Assembly (NCBI GenBank): GCA_045632925.1
Contig: JAZQXP010000057.1
Location: 1,126-65,125 of the forward strand
Length of the DNA stretch: 64,000 bases
Source: Eubacteriales bacterium
GTDB lineage: Bacteria; Bacillota; Clostridia; Oscillospirales; CAG-272
Direction of reading: 5' to 3'
Positions 56,700 through 64,000 of the stretch are shown piece by piece. A program made the translations under genes and the position numbers. The notes under the pieces are model-generated. The model searched no databases, was not told where the DNA came from, and saw only the letters and a program-made list of their open reading frames with translations. Every line of letters begins with the position of its first letter. Positions within the stretch are counted from its first letter, which is position 1.

Positions 56700-58823
56700 A
56701 TGGCAGTAAAAAAAACAGAAACGAAATCAAAGAAAGCAGCTTCCGCAGAGCCCGCGAAGAAGGCTCGTGCGGCGGCTAAAAGCACTGCTGCGGAAACGAA
56801 AAAGAAGGCTCCTTCATCGGACGATCCCGCGGCGTATAATAACGACAGTATAGTCCTTCTCAAGGGTGCGGACAGAGTAAGAAAGCGTCCGAGCGTCATC
56901 TTCGGCTCGGACAATATCGAAGGCTGCAAGCATTGCTTCTTCGAGATCCTTGCCAATGCGATCGACGAGGCGAATGCGGGCTACGGACGCGAGATCAGAG
57001 TATCCGCATACAACGACCACTCGATGAAGGTCGAGGATTTCGGACGCGGAGTTCCCCTCGGATTCAACGAGAAGGAAGGCAGATACAACTGGGAGCTCGT
57101 TTTCTGCGAGCTTTTCGCGGGCGGCAAGATGGACAATAATAACGACGAGGCGGTCTATAAATCCTCGCTCGGAACAAACGGTCTCGGCGCCTGTGCAACT
57201 CAGTACGCATCCTCATTTATGACCGTCGATTCATTCGACGGTAAGTTTGTAAGCTCTATCAGATTTGAAAAGGGAGAGCCTGTGACCGAGCTTGAAAGAT
57301 ACGAGCTTGCTCCCTCGGACAGACGAACCGGAACCGTGATCCATTGGCGTCCCGACCTCGAGGTCTTCACGGATATCAACATCCCCTACGACTATTTCAA
57401 GGAGGTCCTCCACCGTCAGGCGGCGATCAACTACGGCGTTAAATTCCTGCTTGAGCTCGAGGATGAGAACGGCAAGTTCGAGAACTTTGAATATTACTAT
57501 TCCGCCGAGGACGGTCTGCGCGAGTATCTCAACGAGCTTTGCGAGAACAAGTCGCTGACCGAGCCCGTCGTCTGGAAATCCAAGACGAGAGGTAAGGACC
57601 GCGGCGACAGACAGGAATATCCTCTTGAGGCTGACTACGTTTTCTGCTTCACACAGGCAACGGGTATTCAGGAATACTACCACAACTCGAGCTACCTCGA
57701 GCACGGCGGTTCGCCCGAAAAGGCGGTACGTGCGGCATTTGTCAGCGCGATAGATAAGTATCTGCGCGACATGGGCAAGTACAACAAGACCGAACAGAAA
57801 TCGAAGATCACATTCGCCGATATCGCGGACAGCCTTGTGCTCGTAATCTCGAGCCACTCTACCGTCGCGTCATATGAAAACCAGACCAAGAAGGCGATCA
57901 CGAACTCCTTTATTCAGGAGTCGATGACCGAGGTGCTTAAGGAAAACCTTGCGACCTATTTCGTCGAGAAGCCCGCGGAGGCAGAGAAGATCGCCAACCA
58001 GGTGCTCCTCAATAAGAGAAGCCGCGAGAGCGCAGAGAGAAGCAGGATCGACATCAAGAAGAAGCTTTCGGCTTCGATGGACGTTTCCTACCGCGTTGAG
58101 AAATTCGTCGGTTGCCGCTCGAAGGACCCCGAGGTCCGCGAGCTCTATATAGTGGAGGGTGACTCTGCTCTTACTTCCTGTAAGCTCGCGCGCGAGGCGG
58201 AATTCCAGGCGATCATTCCCGTCCGAGGAAAGACCCTCAACTGTATGAAGAGCGACTACAAGCAGATCTTCGCAAGTGAGATCATCGTTGACCTCCTTCG
58301 CGTTATCGGCTGCGGAGTCGAGCTTGACGCCAAGGCAAAGAAGCACAGCGATATGAGCGAGTTCGATCTTTCGGCACTTCGCTGGTCGAAGATCATAATC
58401 TGTACCGATGCCGACGAGGACGGCTTCCAGATCAGAACCCTGCTTCTGACCATGTTCTACCGTCTCCTTCCCACCCTTATCGAAAAGGGCAAGATCTTCA
58501 TCGCTGAAACTCCCCTATACGAGATCACAACGAAGGACGACACCTATTTCGCCTACGACGAAAAGGAGAAGGCGGAGATCCTCAAGAAGATCGGCGACAA
58601 GAAATACACTCTCCAACGATCGAAGGGTCTTGGCGAGAACGAGGCGCAAATGATGTCGCGTACCACTATGAAGCCCGCAACGCGCAGGCTCATCGCCGTC
58701 AAGCCCGCAGATGCGGCGGCGACCGAGGAGATCTTCGACGTTCTCCTTGGAAACAACCTTGCGGGAAGAAAGACATTTATCGCGGAACACGCGGGTGAAT
58801 ATATGAAGGACGTTGACGTCTGA
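56700..58823 (+). CDS. Type IIA topoisomerase subunit B (GyrB/ParE-like)
   Basis: VRKRPSV, EILANAIDE, VEDFGRG, LGTNGLG, LYIVEGDSA, PVRGK, TDADEDG, QRSKGLGE. Confidence 0.93.
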   Translation: MAVKKTETKSKKAASAEPAKKARAAAKSTAAETKKKAPSSDDPAAYNNDSIVLLKGADRVRKRPSVIFGSDNIEGCKHCFFEILANAIDEANAGYGREIRVSAYNDHSMKVEDFGRGVPLGFNEKEGRYNWELVFCELFAGGKMDNNNDEAVYKSSLGTNGLGACATQYASSFMTVDSFDGKFVSSIRFEKGEPVTELERYELAPSDRRTGTVIHWRPDLEVFTDINIPYDYFKEVLHRQAAINYGVKFLLELEDENGKFENFEYYYSAEDGLREYLNELCENKSLTEPVVWKSKTRGKDRGDRQEYPLEADYVFCFTQATGIQEYYHNSSYLEHGGSPEKAVRAAFVSAIDKYLRDMGKYNKTEQKSKITFADIADSLVLVISSHSTVASYENQTKKAITNSFIQESMTEVLKENLATYFVEKPAEAEKIANQVLLNKRSRESAERSRIDIKKKLSASMDVSYRVEKFVGCRSKDPEVRELYIVEGDSALTSCKLAREAEFQAIIPVRGKTLNCMKSDYKQIFASEIIVDLLRVIGCGVELDAKAKKHSDMSEFDLSALRWSKIIICTDADEDGFQIRTLLLTMFYRLLPTLIEKGKIFIAETPLYEITTKDDTYFAYDEKEKAEILKKIGDKKYTLQRSKGLGENEAQMMSRTTMKPATRRLIAVKPADAAATEEIFDVLLGNNLAGRKTFIAEHAGEYMKDVDV

Positions 58824-58840
58824 CGGAAAGGATTATTGAT

Positions 58841-60562
58841 ATGAAACGACTTATTTCCATTGCAGCTCTGCTGCTCGCGCTCATTACCCTTATCCCCACG
58901 CTTATCGCATGTAAGCCCGAAGAGCCCGTCGAGAGCGCGGCTCCGGACACCACAGCTCCCGAGATCGTTGAGACCGATCCTCCCGCTCCCGAGGGAATCA
59001 AGGTGACCAAGGAGGGCAAGGCTCTCTTTACCATCATCCGACCCGACGAGTCCACTCAGTCGATCTACAATCTTGCGAGAGACCTCGGAGATGCGATCGA
59101 GAAGATCACGGGTGCCGAATGCAAGCAGGACACCGACTTTAAGAGCTGGAACACCGTCCGTGACCCCGAAAAGTACGAGATACTTCTCGGATATACAAAT
59201 TATGACGAGACTCTCGAGGTGCTCAAGGATATCAAGTACTACGATTATGCCATCGTTCAGCGCGGCAACAAGATCGTTATCGCCGCCTACACCGAGGCGA
59301 GCCTCAAAAAGGCGCTGACCTATTTCCGCAACAATATGGTCGATAAGATCGAAAAGGATGCCGACGGTGATTTCGCTCTTCCCTTTGAAGAGAAGATCCA
59401 CAGAGGCAAGTACAGCGTTGAATCGCTGACCCTCGACGGTAATCCCATCGAAAATTACGTTGTCGTTTACGGCAAGGGAACTACCTCGGGCGAGAAGGTC
59501 GCTCAGAGTGTTGTTGACGTTATCGCGAGTGCGACGGGTATCTATCTCCCCATCGTCAGCGACAAGGAAGCCGCTGTTGATTGCGAGATCCTTGCGGGCA
59601 AGACCAACCGTCCCGAGAGCGCGGGCGTTGACAGCCTTGCAAATCTCAGCTACAACGTATCCCTTCAGTCGGGCAAGCTCGTTATCGACTGCCTCAGCGC
59701 AGAGACGGGCGACGCGGCTGTACGTAAGCTTTACGCATCCAAGATGTCCTCGGGCGGAAAGGTCGAGCTGACCTCGGGCGATCTTTGTGAAGGCACTCTC
59801 CTCATCGAGCCCGAAATGCCTATGACCGCGGGAAGCGACCTCCGTATCATTACTTATAACGTGCTCACCGAAAAGTGGGGCGGCACCGAGACCTCCGCGA
59901 GAGCAGAGTATTTCGGCGCGTTCCTTGACGTATACAAGCCCGACATCGTCGGTGTTCAGGAGGTATGCGACAAGTGGCGCAAGTATATGCCCGACCGTAT
60001 CGGCAACTACAAGCTGATCGGAACGGTTCGTAAGGACGGCGGACAAAGCTATTCCGCGATCGTATACGATTCCTCGAAGTACGAGGTCCTCGCTCAGGGC
60101 GTTGACACCTATTCCTACCACGCAAGCGCAGAATGCCGCAATATGTCCTGGGCAATATTTATGGAACCCGCGACAGGCGTGAAGTTTGCCTTCATCTCGA
60201 CCCACTGGGATTTCGGTGACGAGGAGAACAAGCAGCAGATGCGTAAGGTCCAGGCTGATGAAATGAGCGCAAAGATCGCGGCTCTCAAGGCTGAGTATAA
60301 TTGCCCCGTTATTATCACAGGTGACTTTAACTGCAGTAACGTCTCTGATTCTTATAATTACTTTATGAGTATCAACGGAATGACCAACGCAATCACTAAT
60401 TCCGAGTATTATTATAACGCCAAGGGTACAAACACCATCGACTTTATTATGATCACTAACGGCGACGGTGTTTTCAAGGGTTACAGAAAGCTGATCGATA
60501 ACGGAATCGCACAGATCTCCGACCACCCCGCAAACCTTGCGGATATCGATCTTTTGCCATAA
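58841..60562 (+). CDS. Lipoprotein with C-terminal endonuclease/exonuclease/phosphatase domain
   Basis: Lipobox LIAC; two EIL(L/A)G.TN domains; ITYNVL, GVQE, STHWD, TGDFN, IDFI, ISDH. Confidence 0.85.
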   Translation: MKRLISIAALLLALITLIPTLIACKPEEPVESAAPDTTAPEIVETDPPAPEGIKVTKEGKALFTIIRPDESTQSIYNLARDLGDAIEKITGAECKQDTDFKSWNTVRDPEKYEILLGYTNYDETLEVLKDIKYYDYAIVQRGNKIVIAAYTEASLKKALTYFRNNMVDKIEKDADGDFALPFEEKIHRGKYSVESLTLDGNPIENYVVVYGKGTTSGEKVAQSVVDVIASATGIYLPIVSDKEAAVDCEILAGKTNRPESAGVDSLANLSYNVSLQSGKLVIDCLSAETGDAAVRKLYASKMSSGGKVELTSGDLCEGTLLIEPEMPMTAGSDLRIITYNVLTEKWGGTETSARAEYFGAFLDVYKPDIVGVQEVCDKWRKYMPDRIGNYKLIGTVRKDGGQSYSAIVYDSSKYEVLAQGVDTYSYHASAECRNMSWAIFMEPATGVKFAFISTHWDFGDEENKQQMRKVQADEMSAKIAALKAEYNCPVIITGDFNCSNVSDSYNYFMSINGMTNAITNSEYYYNAKGTNTIDFIMITNGDGVFKGYRKLIDNGIAQISDHPANLADIDLLP

Positions 60563-60726
60563 ATTAATAATTTACGGACCGATGACGAATCGGTCCGTTT
60601 GTTTTGAGAGACGAATTAGGGTATTAATTTTAGAAAAAACAAAAAAGTTGCGCGCGCAACTATTGACTGTATGCGCAATATGTGATATAATATTGGTGTT
60701 AATTAATGAACATTTCGGAGGATAAT

Positions 60727-62148
60727 ATGAGCAACGAAAGAAGACAGCCGAACGTGCTGTTTATTATGGCTGACCAGTTCCGCGGAGACTGGATGAGCTG
60801 TGTCGGCGGTCCCGCAAGGACACCGAATCTTGACGCGATCGCAAGCGAGGGCGTGGTCTTCACGCAGTGCTCGACCTGCGCGCCTCTTTGCGTTCCCGCG
60901 AGAATAGGACTTTTCTCGGGCAAGTATGCGCACACAACGGGTGCGTGGGATAATCAGAAATTCATCCTCTCGCCCGACGCGAATATCTGGTCGAAGCAGC
61001 TGCGTGATCTCGGATACGCGACCTCTCTCTTCGGAAAGACGCATATCCACGGCGGAAGCGGCGACTTTATCGCGCGCGAGCCGATGGTCGAGGCTTACGG
61101 CTTTGACGTTGTAAATGAGATCACGGGTCCGCACGCCGCCTGCAAATCGCGCACTTATATGACCGAACGCTGGGCGGAGAAGGGTCTGCTTGATGCCTTC
61201 GCAAAGGATATCAAGAGACGCGGAAAGACTCCCTTTGCCGAGCCATCGCCTCTTCCTCTTGAGGAATATTATGACGTTTACGTCGGTAACTGCGGCGTTG
61301 ATTATCTGAAGAATTATGACGGCGACAAGCCCTGGTTCTGTCACGTCAGCTTCGGCGGACCTCACGAGCCCTGGGATTCTCCCGAGCCATACGCAAGTAT
61401 GTACAGTAAGGAAGATATGCCCGCACCCCGTCCCGTAATGCAGAACGCAAATCCCGAGCGTCCGAGGGGCGAGACCGACTTCCGTATGCATAAGCTGCAG
61501 ATCCATTGCACGCCCGATAAAGCTCTCGAGATTCGTGCGGATTACAGCGGAAACTGCACTCTGATCGACGAAATGATCGGAAGGATTGTTGACGTTATCA
61601 AATCTCGCGGCGAATGGGAGAACACGGTCGTGCTCTTTACGTCCGACCACGGCGAGATGAACGGCGATCAGGAATTCGTAAATAAGCGCACCTTCCTTGA
61701 CGGCGCGCTCAATATCCCGCTCGTTATCCGCACGCCCGAGACTATCGGAAAGGGCGGCATCAAGACCGATGCCCTCGTCAGCCTCATCGACGTCGGACCG
61801 ACTCTCATCGAGCTCTGCGGCGGATCGATAGATTATCCCCAGTGCGGAAGGTCGCTCTGCGGAGTGCTTGACGGAAGCTGTGAAAAGCCGCGCGATTACG
61901 TCCTCAGCGAGCTTTCGGGCGAGATCATGTATATGGATGATGAATGGAAGGCACTCGTCAACGTCCACGGCGAGATCTATATGCTCTTCGACCGCAAGAA
62001 TGACCCCGAGGAGCAGTTCAACCTCGCGGCATCCGATGCGGCACGCGAGACCGAAAATATGCTCCGTGCCAAGATCATGAAGGCGATTGCAGAAAACATC
62101 ATCATCCCATCGACGCAGGTGCAGACCTCGAAGGCTATTACGAGGTAA
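60727..62148 (+). CDS. Cys-type sulfatase
   Basis: PNVLFIMADQ, CVPAR (CxPxR), GKTH, PHEP, TSDHGE. Confidence 0.92.
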   Translation: MSNERRQPNVLFIMADQFRGDWMSCVGGPARTPNLDAIASEGVVFTQCSTCAPLCVPARIGLFSGKYAHTTGAWDNQKFILSPDANIWSKQLRDLGYATSLFGKTHIHGGSGDFIAREPMVEAYGFDVVNEITGPHAACKSRTYMTERWAEKGLLDAFAKDIKRRGKTPFAEPSPLPLEEYYDVYVGNCGVDYLKNYDGDKPWFCHVSFGGPHEPWDSPEPYASMYSKEDMPAPRPVMQNANPERPRGETDFRMHKLQIHCTPDKALEIRADYSGNCTLIDEMIGRIVDVIKSRGEWENTVVLFTSDHGEMNGDQEFVNKRTFLDGALNIPLVIRTPETIGKGGIKTDALVSLIDVGPTLIELCGGSIDYPQCGRSLCGVLDGSCEKPRDYVLSELSGEIMYMDDEWKALVNVHGEIYMLFDRKNDPEEQFNLAASDAARETENMLRAKIMKAIAENIIIPSTQVQTSKAITR

Positions 62149-62151
62149 TAA

Positions 62152-62420
62152 GCGGACAGTGGACAGTGGACAGTGGACAGTGGTCAGAAAGATGCGAAGT
62201 TTGATCTTCAATTTTGTTCAGTGCACTTAGAATTTCGTCAGATAATTAAAATTATTATTGTATAAGTGAATAGAAAATCTCGGATATTTTGAAGTTCAAT
62301 CTTCTCAATATCCGAGATTTTTCTTTATAATTCAATTATTTATCGGTACAGCAAACAGAAAGTACTAATTAAATTATCATTCGCATCTTTCTGACCACTG
62401 TCCACTGTCCACTGTTCACT
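62152..62420. repeat. Heptamer-armed giant palindrome ((GGACAGT)n arms, central hairpin)
   Basis: (GGACAGT)4-GGTCAGAAAGATGCGAA ... TTCGCATCTTTCTGACC-(ACTGTCC)n; central AAAATCTCGGATATT..AATATCCGAGATTTT at 62272-62324. Confidence 0.9.
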
Positions 62421-62979
62421 CGAGTCTCCTTCCGCTCTTTTTGAGCAATCTTTTCAGCAGCTCGGAGAGCGGCAGGACGAGCATCCCCGTGAAGATATTT
62501 GATACCCCGTGAAGGATGTCAAAATAGAATCCGGAGGCGATCCAGGCGAGCGTTTGCTCGAAGTTAAAGCCGTAAAGAAGCGCCTGTCCGGGGGCGTAAA
62601 TGATGCCGAAAGCGAAGCCGTGAAGCGCGCATACTGCGGGATAGACGATCGCGGCAACTCCGCGCGGCATTTTTTTCGGCAGGAGCATAGTCATGCCCCA
62701 GAGAACTGTCCATACGTAGAGATAAGGAATCCACCATTCGGCGAATCCGGCGTATATCCCTTGAACGATCACGTATAGGTAGATCGGGATCAGCGCCTTG
62801 AAGCGGAAGACCACGGTGTAGAGCATAACAAGCATCCCGAGCAGGTGGATGTTTGGAAACGCTTCCATTATGATCTTTGAGCAGAACATCAGCGCGCCGA
62901 GCATAGCGAACAGCGACATCTCAAAGATGTGGTTCGACATGCGTCGGAGGCGGCTTTTATTTTGTGTAGGTGAGTTCAT
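62416..62979 (-). CDS. ECF transporter S component, CbrT-like (cobalamin)
   Basis: PNIHL, WWIPYLYVW, G..FD..HG motifs; lies downstream of a B12 riboswitch. Start uncertain (62979 or 62940). Confidence 0.75.
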   Translation of the reverse strand: MNSPTQNKSRLRRMSNHIFEMSLFAMLGALMFCSKIIMEAFPNIHLLGMLVMLYTVVFRFKALIPIYLYVIVQGIYAGFAEWWIPYLYVWTVLWGMTMLLPKKMPRGVAAIVYPAVCALHGFAFGIIYAPGQALLYGFNFEQTLAWIASGFYFDILHGVSNIFTGMLVLPLSELLKRLLKKSGRRLE

Positions 62980-63439
62980 ATACTTCGCCGTCGGCGATCG
63001 CAGTGCCGTCAACGCCGGTCATCATATATTCGCCGTTCTTCGAGAAGCCCCAGTAGCTCTGGTCAACGTCGTAGTCCGCGGTTATGCCGTTGACGACCTT
63101 GACGTAGAGACCGAAATCGCCCTGATCTCCTGCGATAAGATTATGCGCGAGAAGAGCCTCGCCAAGCGTCTTTGCGTCGGTCTTGATCGTGAAGGTGACA
63201 GATTTGTCTTCGACAATGACCTTGACGGTGACGGTCTTTGCGCCCTCGCCGAAGGTGGTGTCCTCGAGATAGGTCGCGCTTGCCCAGAGACCTTCGGGAG
63301 CAATGGTTCCGCCCGCCTCGTTTTCTGCACCCGACGGAGTCTGCGGAGTCTCGGTTTCGTCCTTCTTGCAGGAGAAGAGGCAGAGGGTCATAAGAAGCGC
63401 CAGAATCAGCGCGAGTGTTGATTTGATCGTGTTTTTCAT
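62957..63439 (-). CDS. DUF4430 lipoprotein (putative cobalamin-binding)
   Basis: ATG 63439 after AAGGA; lipobox LFSC; GLYVKVVNG..YWGFSKNGEYMMTGVD. Confidence 0.8.
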   Translation of the reverse strand: MKNTIKSTLALILALLMTLCLFSCKKDETETPQTPSGAENEAGGTIAPEGLWASATYLEDTTFGEGAKTVTVKVIVEDKSVTFTIKTDAKTLGEALLAHNLIAGDQGDFGLYVKVVNGITADYDVDQSYWGFSKNGEYMMTGVDGTAIADGEVYELTYTK

Positions 63440-63665
63440 TTTTTGATTCCTTTCTTTTTTATAGCCATTGCAATAACCCCGTAAAATCCAATAAGATTCG
63501 TTTTTTCGGTGGCTTTGCCGACGAAAAAACACCGCTAAGACGAGCAAAGCGAGTCCGCGCGCCGAGGGGAGCTGTCAAAATCTTTGATTTTGACAAGTGG
63601 CGATAAGCGCGCGTTCTCAATTGGAAAACGCAGTTTTACAATTGGATAAATCAAAAGGATAAAGC

Positions 63666-63694
63666 AAAAAGCACTCTCCATTGAGAGTGCAAAA
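63666..63694 (-). terminator. Riboswitch-associated terminator
   Basis: Minus strand GCACTCTC-aatg-GAGAGTGC-TTTTT. Confidence 0.65.
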
Positions 63695-63762
63695 CAAGAG
63701 ATAGCCTGCCCTATCTCACATTCGCCTGCTCTCCCAAATTGCCCAAGAGTTTTTTCGCGTGT

Positions 63763-63902
63763 CACGGTCCGATAAGCATTCCGACTTGAGAAGCGAGGCT
63801 TCAGTTACGGTAATGGCTGTTGCCGCGGACTTGCACCGCGATTTCCTTATCCCCGAATGGAACCATCCGACAACCGAGCATAGAGCCCGAGATGAACCGT
63901 GT
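63763..63902 (-). ncRNA. Cobalamin riboswitch
   Basis: Minus strand AAGGAAATCGCGGTGCAAGTCCGCGGCAACAGCCATTACCGTAA...AAGTCGGAATGC (B12 box); P1 CACGGTT/GACCGTG; upstream of the DUF4430 and CbrT-like genes. Confidence 0.85.
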
Positions 63903-64000
63903 TTATTCTTTTGTTTGAGGATATTATAGCATAATATAATAGAAAAATCAATAAAAAATCTAAAAAAACTCAAAAAAATTCGAAAAAGGTATTGCATTTT

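Overview
Chromosomal segment of a spore-forming Clostridia-type (Bacillota) bacterium, probably a gut or rumen Oscillospirales-like organism. The taxonomy is inferred from spoIVB, a Gram-positive SOS box and Clostridia-type gene families. About 50 CDS are mostly housekeeping or metabolic: paaK, moxR-DUF58 operon, MarR-ABC, two MacB-like ABCs, cysK, acyl-CoA ligase, dat, split transketolase, alaA, MFS-GH2 fusion, KtrBA, MBOAT/AlgJ-like pair, GyrB/ParE, sulfatase, and a B12-riboswitch-controlled ECF locus. Small accessory islets carry a lectin/peptidase-like protein, Phd-Doc, a DUF4143 ATPase, a WG-repeat lipoprotein and an unannotated type I TA-like locus. No rRNA, tRNA, CRISPR, integrase or transposase was seen. 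The most striking signal is non-coding. Several families of structured, inverted-pair palindromic repeats sit at core/accessory junctions. One ~2.15-kb three-gene cargo splits the moxR-DUF58 operon and is bracketed symmetrically by two five-hairpin/7-nt-linker arrays and two inverted copies of a covarying ~160-250-nt element. Other notable items are heptamer-armed giant palindromes, a multi-stem leader with a perfect 15-bp inverted partner upstream of a surface lipoprotein, a MBOAT/AlgJ-like pair that has lost both catalytic histidines, and an SOS-boxed orphan HTH gene. All calls are by eye; no searches were run.
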